Below, piece after piece: positions 32,795-42,976 of a DNA stretch of 64,000 bases. The DNA is from Candidatus Dormiibacterota bacterium. Lineage in GTDB: Bacteria; Chloroflexota; Dormibacteria; Aeolococcales; Aeolococcaceae. Position 1 is the first letter of the stretch. Each line of letters begins with the position of its first letter. Location: contig CAVQVY010000019.1 in NCBI GenBank assembly GCA_963717185.1, positions 11,113 through 75,112 of the forward strand, read 5' to 3'. The translations under genes were made by a program, and so were the position numbers. Under the pieces are notes generated by a model. The model was given only the letters and a program-made list of their open reading frames with translations. It did not search any database and had not been told where the DNA came from.

Positions 32795-32846
32795 TCGCCC
32801 GCGCGCGGGGCCGGCGCAAACGCCGGAAACGGGGCGTCCGCGGCGT

Positions 32847-32852
32847 TACAAT
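32847..32852 (+). promoter_or_regulatory. -10-like hexamer TACAAT upstream of the pan/nad operon
   Basis: TACAAT lies in the ftsH-DUF2520 spacer, ~95 nt before the first possible start. Confidence 0.3.
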
Positions 32853-32948
32853 CAGAGCGTACGGCACCTCATCGGTGGGACCCGCGGACGCGTTGCGCGC
32901 CGCGAGGCCGGCGGAGCACCGGGGCCGGGCCGCAGACGACAGCAACGC

Positions 32949-33896
32949 TTGGATCACGGGGTGACCGAGACGGTGGAGGCAACCGAGGGCCAAACCAGGC
33001 CCACGCTCGCGTTCGTCGGCGCCGGGCGCGCCGGCTCGGCCCTGGCCCAGGCCCTCGCCGACGCGGGCCACGCCATCGTGGCCGTCCACAGCCGCACGCC
33101 CGCGCATGCGGAACGCCTGGCGAGATCGACAGGGGCCGTCGTGGTCCCCACCGCGCTGGCGGCGATGCGCGCCGCCGACATCACCTTCGCAACCGTGCCC
33201 GACGCCGAGATCGTTCGGGTGGCGGCGACCATCGCCGCGAGCGGTGCGGCACTGCCGGGGCGGTCGCTGGTGCACTGCAGCGCCACCAGTGGGCCCGAGG
33301 TCCTCGCCGCGGTGCGCCTGACCACGGCCGTGGCCGGCGCCTTCCATCCGCTCCAGGCGCTCGCCGGCGCCAGCAGCGCGCCGCTGCTGCGCGGTTCGAG
33401 CTTCGTCGTCGAGGCGGTGGAGCCCCTGCGTCGCACCCTTCTCGGCCTGGTTGACGACCTCGGCGGCCACGCACTCGACCTGCCGCCTGGCGGCCGGGCG
33501 CTGTACCACGCGGCGGCCGTGCTCGCGGGCAACGCCCCGCTGGCGCTGCTGGCCCGAGCCACCAGCCTGCTCGAGGAGGCCGGGGTGGAGCGGGCTGATG
33601 CGCACCGCGCGCTGGCCGCGCTCCTCGCCGGTGCCGCCAGCAACGCGGGCGACGAGGGGCCGGCCGGCGCCCTGACCGGCCCGGTGGTCCGGGGCGACGC
33701 CGCCACCGTCCTCCGGCACCTCGACGTCCTCGACGCGGACCCCAACACTCGCGAGCTCTACCGGCGGCTGTCGCTCGAGGCCCTGGCGCTGGCCGGCCCC
33801 GAGGGGCGCGAGGCGGTCGCGGACGCGCTGGCAGCCACGGCGCCGCGCCCCGCCCGCACGTCCTCCACCGTGGTGGCCCACCCGCGGGTGGCGTGA
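32949..33896 (+). CDS. Rossmann-fold NAD(P)-binding / DUF2520-type protein (candidate ketopantoate reductase)
   Basis: Intact ORF with LAFVGAGRAGSALAQAL (GxGxxG). The C-terminal half resembles DUF2520. It is translationally coupled to panB (GTGA 33893-33896). The start is TTG 32949 or GTG 32961. Confidence 0.65.
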   Translation: MDHGVTETVEATEGQTRPTLAFVGAGRAGSALAQALADAGHAIVAVHSRTPAHAERLARSTGAVVVPTALAAMRAADITFATVPDAEIVRVAATIAASGAALPGRSLVHCSATSGPEVLAAVRLTTAVAGAFHPLQALAGASSAPLLRGSSFVVEAVEPLRRTLLGLVDDLGGHALDLPPGGRALYHAAAVLAGNAPLALLARATSLLEEAGVERADAHRALAALLAGAASNAGDEGPAGALTGPVVRGDAATVLRHLDVLDADPNTRELYRRLSLEALALAGPEGREAVADALAATAPRPARTSSTVVAHPRVA

Positions 33897-34696
33897 CGGC
33901 GGTGGCCGTCACCGTCCACGACCTCCGCGCCCGCAAGGAGCGCGGTGAGCGGTTCGTGATGGTGACCGCATACGACTGGGCGATCGCGCGCCTGCTTGCC
34001 GAGGCCGGGGTGCCCGCGCTCCTGGTGGGTGACAGCGTCGCCAACAACCACCTGGGCTACTCGACGACGCTGCCGGTCACGATGGAGGAGATGCTCCACC
34101 ACGCCCGGGCCGTGGCGCGAGCGGCCCCCGACCAGCTGCTCATCGGCGACATGCCGTTCGGTTCCTATCACCGGTCGACGGAGCAGGCGGTGGCCAGCGC
34201 GACCGAGTTCGTCAAGGCCGGGATGAACGCCGTCAAGATGGAGGGCGGCGGCTGGGTCGTCCCGGTGACCGCCCGCCTGGTCGAGTGCGGCATACCGGTC
34301 ATGGGCCACCTCGGGCTGACCCCTCAGTTCGTCAACGCCTTCGGCGGGCACCGGGTCCAGGGGCGCAGCGCTGAGGCGAGACAGCGCATCCTCGCCGACG
34401 CGCAAGCCCTCGAGCAGGCCGGGGCATTCAGCCTGGTCCTCGAGGGGGTGCCGCGCAGCCTCGCCGCCGAGGTGACCGCGGCGGTGTCGATCCCCACCAT
34501 CGGCATCGGCGCCGGACCGGACTGCGACGCACAGGTCCTGGTCGTCTATGACCTCCTCGGCATCACTCGCGGTCCGATGCCCAAGTTCGCCGCGGCGTAC
34601 GCGCAGGTCGGCGACCAGGTCGTCGCCGCGGCTCGCGCGTTCGCCGCCGACGTCGCCGCCGGCAGCTTTCCCGATGATGCGCACAGCTACCACTGA
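33893..34696 (+). CDS. panB: 3-methyl-2-oxobutanoate hydroxymethyltransferase PanB
   Basis: Intact 267 aa. Motifs: MVTAYD, LLVGDS, VKMEGG, IGIGAG. Confidence 0.9.
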   Translation: MTAVAVTVHDLRARKERGERFVMVTAYDWAIARLLAEAGVPALLVGDSVANNHLGYSTTLPVTMEEMLHHARAVARAAPDQLLIGDMPFGSYHRSTEQAVASATEFVKAGMNAVKMEGGGWVVPVTARLVECGIPVMGHLGLTPQFVNAFGGHRVQGRSAEARQRILADAQALEQAGAFSLVLEGVPRSLAAEVTAAVSIPTIGIGAGPDCDAQVLVVYDLLGITRGPMPKFAAAYAQVGDQVVAAARAFAADVAAGSFPDDAHSYH

Positions 34697-35633
34697 GCGT
34701 CGCCCAGAGCCGCCGCGGCAGCTGGCCACCCCGGAGGAGCTGCGGCGCTGGTCGGAGCGCTGCCGCGCCGCCGGCCTCCTGGTGGGGCTGGTGCCGACCA
34801 TGGGGGCGCTGCACCCCGGCCACCGCAGCCTGGTGCAGCGGGCCCGAGCCGACTGCGACCGCGTGGTGGTCAGCATCTTCGTCAACCCGCGCCAGTTCGG
34901 ACCGGGCGAGGACGTCGACCGCTACCCGCGCAGCCTCGAGGCCGACCTGGCCGTGCTCACCGAGGAACGCGTCGACGCGGTGTTCGTCCCATCGGTCGAG
35001 GCGATGTACGGGATCTCCAACGCCACCTCCGTGCACGTCGGCGCGGCGCTCACCGGGGTGCTGGAGGGCGAGCATCGCCCCGGACACTTCGACGGCGTGG
35101 CGCTGGTGGTCGCCAAGCTGCTGATCGCGTGCCGCCCGCACCGAGCCTACTTCGGCCACAAGGACGCGCAGCAGTGCGCGGTGGTGCGCCGCATCGCGCG
35201 CGACCTCGACACCGGCGTGGAGATCGCGGTGTGCCCGGTGGTCCGCGACCGCGACGGGCTCGCGCTGAGCAGCCGCAACGTGTACCTCGACGTGGACGAG
35301 CGCAGCCGCGCGCTGGCGATCCCGGCCGGCCTGTCGGAGGCGGTTGCTGCGTTCGCGAGCGGCGAGAGCCGCACCGCGAGGCTCTGTGAGCTGGTGCGGC
35401 GGCGCATGGAGGCGGCCGGTCTCTCGATCGACTACGTGGCTGCGGTCGACGCCGACAGCTTCGCGGCGGTCGACGTGGCCGGCCCCGGATGCCAAATTCT
35501 GGTGGCTGGTAGAATAGGAGCCACTCGGTTGATTGACGTGATCCGGCTGGGAATCGACCAGGCTCCTCTCGATGCCGCCGGTTCGCAGAGTTCGCAGGTC
35601 CCGGGGGTCATCGGCGTTCAGGGGAGACAGTGA
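34674..35633 (+). CDS. panC: pantoate--beta-alanine ligase PanC
   Basis: ATG at 34674. Motifs: VPTMGALHPGHRSLV (HxGH), VSIFVNPRQFGP, GHKDAQQ, SSRN. Confidence 0.9.
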   Translation: MMRTATTERRPEPPRQLATPEELRRWSERCRAAGLLVGLVPTMGALHPGHRSLVQRARADCDRVVVSIFVNPRQFGPGEDVDRYPRSLEADLAVLTEERVDAVFVPSVEAMYGISNATSVHVGAALTGVLEGEHRPGHFDGVALVVAKLLIACRPHRAYFGHKDAQQCAVVRRIARDLDTGVEIAVCPVVRDRDGLALSSRNVYLDVDERSRALAIPAGLSEAVAAFASGESRTARLCELVRRRMEAAGLSIDYVAAVDADSFAAVDVAGPGCQILVAGRIGATRLIDVIRLGIDQAPLDAAGSQSSQVPGVIGVQGRQ

Positions 35634-35992
35634 TGCAGCGCGTCGTGCTCCGAGCCAAGATCCATCGCGCGACCGTCACGGACGCCGACCTCGACTACGA
35701 GGGTTCGTGCGCGCTCGGCCCGGAGCTCCTGCAGGCCGCGGACATCGTCCCCGGTGAGCAGATCCACATCGTCAACGTCACCAACGGCTCGCGTGCGATC
35801 ACCTACGCGATCGAGGGACGGCCCGGTCGGGTCGGGCTGAACGGCGCGATGGCCCACATCGGCGGGCGCGGCGACGTCGTGATCATCATCGCGTACGCGC
35901 AGCTCACCGATGCCGAGCTGGCGACGCACCACCCGCGCGTCGTTCTCGTGGACGCGAACAACCGCGTGCGCGAGGAGGTGGCCGTCTCCTGA
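35633..35992 (+). CDS. panD: aspartate 1-decarboxylase PanD
   Basis: Motifs: KIHRATVTDADLDYEGSCA (Gly-Ser self-processing site), GLNGAMAH. The ATG overlaps the panC TGA (TGATG) and GGGGAG lies 6 nt upstream. Confidence 0.85.
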   Translation: MQRVVLRAKIHRATVTDADLDYEGSCALGPELLQAADIVPGEQIHIVNVTNGSRAITYAIEGRPGRVGLNGAMAHIGGRGDVVIIIAYAQLTDAELATHHPRVVLVDANNRVREEVAVS

Positions 35993-36009
35993 ACAGCGAG
36001 CTCGCGACA

Positions 36010-37579
36010 GTGGGGGAGACCTACGACGTCATCGTCGTCGGTAGCGGGATCGCCGGGCTGACCGCGGCGCTGACCGCCTGTCCGCGCGCCCGTGTCGCCG
36101 TGCTCAGCAAGGGCGCGCTCGACGACGGCGCCACTCGCTGGGCGCAGGGTGGCATCGCCGCCGCGGTCGGCGCCGATGACTCCGCGGAGCTCCATTTCGA
36201 GGACACCGTGACCGCGGGTCGCGGACTCAGCGACGAGCACGCGGTGCGCGTTCTCGTCGAGGACGGGGCGGCGCGCGTGCGCGAGCTGGCCGACTGGGGC
36301 GCGGTGTTCGACGGCACTGAGGGCAGCCCGGCGGTCGGCCGCGAGGCTGCGCACACCCGCAACCGCATCGTCCACGCAGGCGGCGACGCCACCGGGCGCG
36401 AGGTCGAGGCAGCGCTGCTGCGCCGGCTGCGCCACAGCGGGGCGACCCTCGTGGAGAACGCCCATGTGGTGGCGCTGCTGCGCGACGGCGACGGGCGGTG
36501 CGCCGGCGTCGAGGTGCACGGCGGCGACGGCTCCGGGCCGCCCCGGGTCATCGGCGCGGGAGCGGTCATCCTCGCCACCGGGGGCGCTGGGCAGCTGTGG
36601 CGCAACACCACCAACCCACCCGCCGCCACCGGCGACGGCGTCGCGCTGGCCTGGGAGATCGGAGCCGAGGTGGTGAGCATGGAGTTCACGCAGTTCCACC
36701 CCACGGCGCTGGCGCTACCCGGCGCACCGCGGTTCCTGATCAGCGAGGCGGTGCGCGGGGAGGGCGCCCACGTCGTCGACGCCCAGGGGCGGAGGTTCCT
36801 TCTCGACGCCGACCCGCGCCGGCGAGCTCGCCGGCCGGGACGTGGTGGCACGGGCCATCTGGGAATGCCTGCTGCGGGAGGGCACCGACCATGTGCTTCT
36901 CGACTGCAGGGCGCTCGGGGATCGCGTCCATGAGCGCTTTCCGACCATCGCGGCGACGTGCCGCGAGCACGGCATCGACATCGCCACGCAGCCGATCCCG
37001 ATCGCGCCTGCGGCGCACTACATGATCGGCGGGGTGCGCACCGACATCGACGGGGCGACGTGCGTCGCCGGGCTGTTCGCGTGCGGCGAGGTCGCCGGCA
37101 CCGGCGTGCACGGCGCCAACCGTCTGGCCAGCAACAGCCTGCTCGAGGGATCTGTCTTCGGGCGTCGCGCCGCCCTGGCAGCGCTCGACGACATCGCCGA
37201 GCGGCCCGCCTCGCCACCCCGGCGGCGTGCCCGCACCGCGACCGCCGGCCGCGCCCAGGCAGAGGACCCGTCCGCGCGTGAGCGGCTGCGTGCCGGCATG
37301 TGGGAGGGATGCGGCGTCATCCGCGACGCCCCTGGCCTGCGCGGCGCGCTCGCGGTCGCCGAGGAGATCCTCGAATCGACGCCGCTTGACGACTCATTGC
37401 ACGACATCGGACTGCGCCAGTCCGCCACCACGGCGAGCCTGGTCTGCAGGTCTGCGCTCCTTCGCGAGGAGAGCCGTGGCGCACATCTCCGCGCTGACTT
37501 CCCATCCACCCGTGACAGCTGGCATGGCACCCTGGTCATGCAGAAAGAAAGAGGGCACCGATTTGACCGCAACGCTTGA
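36010..37579 (+). pseudogene. nadB: L-aspartate oxidase NadB, 1 frame break as given
   Basis: Motifs: DVIVVGSGIAGL (FAD), AQGGIAAA, FHPT, ISEAVRGEGA, GANRLASNSLLEG, EESRGAH. There is a single switch at ~36822 (an extra C in cgcCggc). Confidence 0.85.
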
Positions 37580-38429
37580 TCCCATCACTGATGCGCTCGC
37601 GCCCGACACCCTCGATGCGCTCATCGAGTCGGCGCTGGCCGAGGACATCGGTGCCGGGGATGTGACCACGGACGCCGTCATCCCCGCCGACATGACCTGC
37701 CGCGGCAAGATCGTGTGCAAGGAGGACGGGATCATCGCCGGGCTCAGCGTGGCGGCGCGGGTCTTCGCCATGGTGGACGAGAAGATCACGTTCGACGCCA
37801 AGACGCGGGATGGCGAGAAGGTCCAGGAGGACCAGATCGTGGCGCGGATCTCGGGCCCGGCGCGGGGCATGCTCAAGGCGGAGCGCGTGGCGCTGAACTT
37901 CCTGCAGCACCTCAGCGGCGTCGCCACCATGACCGCGCGGTACGTCAAAGCGGTCGACGGCACCAGGACGAAGATCCTCGACACGCGCAAGACCACGCCC
38001 GGGCTGCGCGGCCTCGAGAAGTACGCCACGCGCATCGGTGGTGCGGTCAACCACCGCATGGGCCTGTACGACGCGGTGCTGGTCAAGGACACGCACCTCG
38101 CGCTCGTCGGCGGCATCACGCCGGCCCTGCGCGCGGTCCGCAAGGCCTACTCCGACACCGACATCAACGTCGAGGTGAGCAACATCCAGGAGCTCGAGCA
38201 GGCACTCGCCGACAAGGCACCGCGCATCCTGCTCGACAACTTCGCGCCCGGCCAGGTCCGCGAGGCGATGCAGATCATCCGCGGGCGCGCCGAGGTGGAG
38301 ATCAGCGGCGGGGTCCAGGTCAGCAACGCGCGCGCCTACGCCCTCGCCGGCGCCGCCTACATCTCGGTCGGAGCGCTGACCCACAGCGCCACGGCGCTCG
38401 ACTTCTCGATGAAAGTGACACGCTACTGA
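37563..38429 (+). CDS. nadC: nicotinate-nucleotide pyrophosphorylase (carboxylating) NadC
   Basis: Motifs: EDIGAGDVTT, ERVALNFLQHLSG, ILDTRKTTPGLR, AVNHRMGL, LLDNF, EISGG. The start is TTG 37563 after AAAGAGGG; the alternative is ATG 37524. Confidence 0.85.
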   Translation: MTATLDPITDALAPDTLDALIESALAEDIGAGDVTTDAVIPADMTCRGKIVCKEDGIIAGLSVAARVFAMVDEKITFDAKTRDGEKVQEDQIVARISGPARGMLKAERVALNFLQHLSGVATMTARYVKAVDGTRTKILDTRKTTPGLRGLEKYATRIGGAVNHRMGLYDAVLVKDTHLALVGGITPALRAVRKAYSDTDINVEVSNIQELEQALADKAPRILLDNFAPGQVREAMQIIRGRAEVEISGGVQVSNARAYALAGAAYISVGALTHSATALDFSMKVTRY

Positions 38430-38461
38430 AGGCGAACCTGAAGTTCTTTCCCCGGCATGTC

Positions 38462-38540
38462 GTCAGCGCAGGCGACTTCATGTCGCCGGAGCTGACACCG
38501 CCAGATGGGGGGTGCCCGAGGGGGAACGGAGTTCCCCCTT
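38462..38540. repeat. hairpin-repeat element, copy B, between the convergent nadC and DUF2017 genes (likely bidirectional terminator)
   Basis: GTCAGC-gca-GGCGAC-ttcat-GTCGCC-gga-GCTGAC (38462-38496) is followed by GAGGGGGAAC-gga-GTTCCCCCTT (38518-38540). It aligns with copy A at 29801-29936. Confidence 0.6.
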
Positions 38541-38542
38541 CG

Positions 38543-38992
38543 TTAACTTTCCAGCGCGGCGACGAGTTCCTCCTGCAGCCATCCCAGGGCCATCAGCATT
38601 CCGAACTCCGGGCGGGCGCGGAGCTCGTCAGTGGCCGCGCTCTCCCAGCCGTCGTCGCTGATCCCCAGCAGTGAGCCAGCGGCCAGGCGCAGCTGGTTGA
38701 AGCCGCGCAGCCAGGCGAACACCTGCGCCTCGGTGAGCACGAGCAGCTCGTCACCCGCGCCGAGCGCGTCGCGGATGACGTCGAGATCTGCCTCGTAGCC
38801 CCGCTCGATCTCCGGGCGCACCCAGCGGTCGTACTCGGCCTGCTTGGACTCGTCCTCATACGCCCGCGGGGTCGTCGCCAGCACCCGGCTGATGTGCGTC
38901 TGCAGCTGTTCGAGGATGTCGAGGATCGCAACGCGCTCGCGCTCGTCGAGGCGCAGCTGGATGCGACCACGTCGCTTGAGCACCGACGCCAC
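38543..38992 (-). CDS. DUF2017-type protein (ClpS-neighbour family)
   Basis: Intact 149-aa acidic helical ORF immediately downstream of clpS, the arrangement known from Actinobacteria. Confidence 0.65.
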   Translation of the reverse strand: MASVLKRRGRIQLRLDERERVAILDILEQLQTHISRVLATTPRAYEDESKQAEYDRWVRPEIERGYEADLDVIRDALGAGDELLVLTEAQVFAWLRGFNQLRLAAGSLLGISDDGWESAATDELRARPEFGMLMALGWLQEELVAALES

Positions 38993-39004
38993 CGCGACGA
39001 CCCC

Positions 39005-39295
39005 TCAGAGCCGCGCGAGCGTGGCCTGCAGCCCGAACGCGTGCAACCGTGCGACGGTGACCTCGGCCTGCTCACGCGGTTGCGTGGCCACCACGGCCTT
39101 GCCCTCCTCGTGCACCTGCAGCATCAGCGTCGTGGCGGTGACATGGTCGTACCCGAACAGCTTGCGGAACACCAGGACGACGTAGCTCATCAACGTGATC
39201 GGGTCGTTCCACACGATCACGTTCCACCCGGGCTCACGGACGCTCTTCTCCTTGCGGACCGGGGCTTCGACCGGGACTGGGGTGGCCGTGGTCAC
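39005..39295 (-). CDS. clpS: ATP-dependent Clp protease adaptor ClpS
   Basis: [46 protein letters not shown] is the ClpS core. GTG start at 39295. Confidence 0.85.
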   Translation of the reverse strand: MTTATPVPVEAPVRKEKSVREPGWNVIVWNDPITLMSYVVLVFRKLFGYDHVTATTLMLQVHEEGKAVVATQPREQAEVTVARLHAFGLQATLARL

Positions 39296-39299
39296 CTGC

Positions 39300-40475
39300 C
39301 TAGGGTAGCGCGACCGGAGTTGCCGTGCCCGAGGCAGCACGTGCAGACTGGCGAGCGGCCGCATAGACGCCGAGCACGCGCTGCGCGGTCGCCGACATCG
39401 CGTAGTCGCTGACGGCCCGGTCGCGCGCCGCCCGTCCCAGGCGCGTTCGCAGCTCGGGATCGGAGACCAGGGTCTGCAGCGCGTGCTCGAGGGCGGGGCG
39501 GAGCGGGTGCGTGGGGATGACCAGGCCGGCGCCCTCGAGCGCGCGTCCGTCCTCGCCGGCGTCAGTCGCGACGATCGCACAGCCCGCCGCCATCGCCTCG
39601 AGCAGCGACAGCGCCAGGCCCTCGGCGGTCGACGGCAGGACGAACACGTCGCAGCCACGCAGCAGCGAGATGGCCCGCGCGCTCGACACCAGCCCGAGCA
39701 TTCGGACATTGGCGTGACGGCCGGCGAGGCTGCGCAGGCGCTCGCGCTGGATGCCATCCCCGGCGATGCACAGGACATGGTCGTCGGGCAGGTGCAGCGA
39801 CAGGAAGCTCTCGACGAGCTGGGGCACGCGCTTCTCCGGGTCGAGGCGGCCGATGTAGAGGATCACCAGGCGCGCGCCCAGCTCGGAACGCAGGTCTGAC
39901 GGGCCGGGATGGATGGCGTCGGTGTCGACGCCGTTGGGGATGACCTCGATGCGCGCGGCAGGGTAGCCGGCGCGCACCAGCAGGTCGCGCTGTTCTGCGC
40001 TGAGCGCGATGCAGCGGTCGACGTGGCCCATGCGCCTGCGGTGGTAGCGGTACAGGCCATGCAGGACGCGTCCACGCGCGGTGCCCGCGGGACCGTGCGG
40101 GAGGTGGAAGGTGGCGACGCACACCGCGCCGAGCCGGTGGGCCGCGCGCGCGATGGCCCCGTCGCTGAGCGAGAAGCTCCAGGAGATGTGCACGACGTCA
40201 GGTGCGAAGTCGGCCAGCGCGCGCGTGATGACGCGCATGGTGCCGGGCCTCGGGATGGTCACGGTCTTGAAGTGCCAGGCGTGGAGAAGGAGCGCATCGT
40301 CATGGTCAACCGGCACCACCTCGCCGTCCTCGCGGTGCGCGAAGAAACGGACGACCGCACCCTGCGCCCGCAGCGCGCGCACCAGCTCGCGGCTGTACGT
40401 GGACAGCCCGTCGCCACGCAGCCCCTCGGCGTGGCCGAAGACGGCGACGCGGAGCGGGGTGTGCTCAGCCGTCAT
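39300..40475 (-). CDS. GT4-family glycosyltransferase
   Basis: Intact 391-aa ORF with an N-terminal GT4 domain ([18 protein letters not shown]) and the C-terminal [21 protein letters not shown] (E-x7-E type). Confidence 0.85.
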   Translation of the reverse strand: MTAEHTPLRVAVFGHAEGLRGDGLSTYSRELVRALRAQGAVVRFFAHREDGEVVPVDHDDALLLHAWHFKTVTIPRPGTMRVITRALADFAPDVVHISWSFSLSDGAIARAAHRLGAVCVATFHLPHGPAGTARGRVLHGLYRYHRRRMGHVDRCIALSAEQRDLLVRAGYPAARIEVIPNGVDTDAIHPGPSDLRSELGARLVILYIGRLDPEKRVPQLVESFLSLHLPDDHVLCIAGDGIQRERLRSLAGRHANVRMLGLVSSARAISLLRGCDVFVLPSTAEGLALSLLEAMAAGCAIVATDAGEDGRALEGAGLVIPTHPLRPALEHALQTLVSDPELRTRLGRAARDRAVSDYAMSATAQRVLGVYAAARQSARAASGTATPVALP

Positions 40476-41541
40476 CGGCCAACGGCGTTCGCTGGACGGT
40501 CTGCGTGTCGCGCAGGTCGAAGATCGAGATCCCGCGGAGCCGGTGGTGCGCGCGCACGTACCAGTACAGCGACATCCCGATGACCGCGCTCAGCCCCTTG
40601 TCGGCGAGCCGGTGCACCACCGCGGCCGCGGTGGCGACCCCGAAGGGGAGGCCGCCGGCCGCGACCAGCAGTCCCGCGGTGGTGGCCTCGAAGGCGCCGA
40701 GGCTTCCCGGTGACAGCGTGATCGCCGAGGCCACGTTGCTGATGGAGTAGATGAACGCGGCCGTCACCCAGTCGAGCCGGCCGGGCGCGATGGCGCTGAC
40801 AACGAAGTAGAAGAGGCTGACCGCCATCAGCGCCTGCACGGCGCTGATCCACAGCCACACGTAGGTGCGCCAGTTCTCGAAGAGCACCACCGTGTCGGCC
40901 TGGAGCTGGTCGATCGCGCCCATCATCCGTCGCAGCACCGGCGCCCTGGCGACGGCGCGGCGCACCAGGCGGAACACAGGGCGAACCGTGAGCAGCGCCA
41001 CCACCAGCAGCGTGCCGCCCAGGGCGGCGGCGACACCGGCACGCGCGAAGTAGTAGCGGCTCGATCCCGGCAGCGCGGCCGCGATGAGGATCGCGGAGTA
41101 CAGCAGCTCCTGCACGGTCACCGCGGCCACCGCCGAGCCGACGGCGATGTCGCGCACTCGCGCCAGCAGGATCGCGCGGGTCAGCTCGCCGAGCGGGAGC
41201 AGCGCGGTGGCCTGGCCGGTCAGCGTCATCAGCACCGTCTCGCCGAGTGGTGGCTTGTCGGTGACGATGCGCAGCAGCGTCCACCAGCGAACGCCCTGGA
41301 GCACGTAGTAGCCGACCGACAGTCCCACGATGACCGGGATGTCGCTGACGTGGAAGCGCTCGATGGCGCTGCCCACCTGGCTCGGGTTGCTGGCCACGAT
41401 CAGCGACCCGATGACGGCGAGCGCCACCACCAGGGGGATGCGCCGCCGGCTGAAGATGCGCTGCCTGATGGTTCGCGATGCGGGTGGTGGCGGCGTGGTG
41501 GCTGACGCCGCGCCGGGGTTCATGGTTCGATCCCTGCGCAC
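40465..41541 (-). CDS. UPF0104 / lysylphosphatidylglycerol-synthase-TM-region-like (flippase-like) membrane protein
   Basis: Intact 358-aa polytopic ORF containing YYVLQGVRWWTLL. It overlaps the GT4 start by 11 nt. Confidence 0.7.
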   Translation of the reverse strand: MRRDRTMNPGAASATTPPPPASRTIRQRIFSRRRIPLVVALAVIGSLIVASNPSQVGSAIERFHVSDIPVIVGLSVGYYVLQGVRWWTLLRIVTDKPPLGETVLMTLTGQATALLPLGELTRAILLARVRDIAVGSAVAAVTVQELLYSAILIAAALPGSSRYYFARAGVAAALGGTLLVVALLTVRPVFRLVRRAVARAPVLRRMMGAIDQLQADTVVLFENWRTYVWLWISAVQALMAVSLFYFVVSAIAPGRLDWVTAAFIYSISNVASAITLSPGSLGAFEATTAGLLVAAGGLPFGVATAAAVVHRLADKGLSAVIGMSLYWYVRAHHRLRGISIFDLRDTQTVQRTPLADDG

Positions 41542-41607
41542 GGTGGCGGCTCCACGGGCCCAAGTGTATGAGCCTCGCGGTCGGCGTCGGCGAGGCTGAC
41601 CGCGAGG

Positions 41608-42976
41608 CTAGCCCTTGATCGCGTTGTGGACCGTGACCAGCCGCCAGTCAGCGCCTCCCGCGCCCTGCACCGCCATCAGCGCATTCTCGAACGGACCGTC
41701 GTGAACTGACGTCGAGTAGTTCTCGACCGGGCCGAATTGCGTGTCCCAGTTGACGAACTTGGTGTTGAGCGTGTCGATGAGGTTCTGCCGGGTGATCGTC
41801 GTGCCCATCTGCCGCAACGCGTGCTCGAGCATGAGCGCGCTGATCCATCCCGTCTGCGCGTACAGGTCGATCCGATCGTCGGGGAAGTAGCGGTGCATCG
41901 CCGCCGTGAACCGCGACATCTCCGGGCTCGACTGGTCGAGCGGGGTCCACGGGGTGCCGATCATCATGCCCTCGGCGTTGCTGTAGCTGCCGGCGTCGCC
42001 GTCGTCGACGATCAGGTTGTTCATGGTCGCGGGGTTGAAGCCCGCCGCCTGCGCCGCGTAGAGGTACCGCTGCACGCTGCCGGGGTCGAGAACGAGGTGC
42101 ACGTACCCGACACCGTCGCTCTGCCACTGCGCGATCAGCTGCGAATAGTTGTTGTCGGTGATCTGCTCGTACTGCGGGCCCCCGTGCCAGACCGCGCCAC
42201 TCGGGTAGGTGTGCGCGACGCCGTCACACACGGATGTCGTGCTGGGGTCCTGGAGGCAGACGAGCGCGATCTTGTTGCCCGAGGTCGGCCAGCCCCTGAC
42301 ACGCTCCATCAGCTCGGCGCCGAGCTGGCCGTTCTGGTACGGGGTGGGGACCGCCCACCCACAGGGTCGGCAGCGAGTACGCCGGCGGGGACGACTGGCA
42401 CTCACCCACCATCGGGAGGCTCGACTGGCGGATGTAGTCGACCTCCTGCGCATCCGTGATCGGCGCGCACTCGGCGACCATGGCGAACACCTTCTCGTCC
42501 TCGTTGAGCTGGCGGTACTCCGAGGCGCCGAGGTCGGGGTTGCCCTGGTCGTCCTTGATGTCGATCGACACCTGGTAGCCGTTGATCCCGCCGCTGGCGT
42601 TGATCGTCTTCTCCCACGCCACCAGCGCGTGCGCCATGGTGATCGAGCGACCCGGTCCCGTCTGGGTGATGATCGACCCGAGGTGGATGACCCCACCGGA
42701 CACCCCTTGTTCGGTGAGCTTGCCCGCGCCGCCCTGGACCACCGGGCGGTTGCCGCCGCCCCCGCCGGAGCCACTCGTGCCGCTCGACCCGGCCGACCCC
42801 GGACCTGTGGTGGTGCTGCCCGATGTGCCGGCGATCGCGCTGTGGCCGACGCGGACGGTTCCGACGCCGTACGCGCGCAGCGCCACCGCGGTGGCGGCCG
42901 AGAGAACCAGCGTCCCGGCCAGCGCCGATGCCAGCGCGATGGTGAAGCGCCGCTCGCGCATGTGGTCTCCGGTCAC
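41608..42976 (-). pseudogene. ABC transporter substrate-binding protein (type-1 PBP, Liv-like), 1 frame break as given
   Basis: A signal/anchor helix and a Gly/Ser/Thr linker are followed by GVIHLGSIITQTGPG, INASGGINGY, DDQGNP. The switch is at ~42355. The GTG start overlaps the upstream stop (GTGA). Confidence 0.75.
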
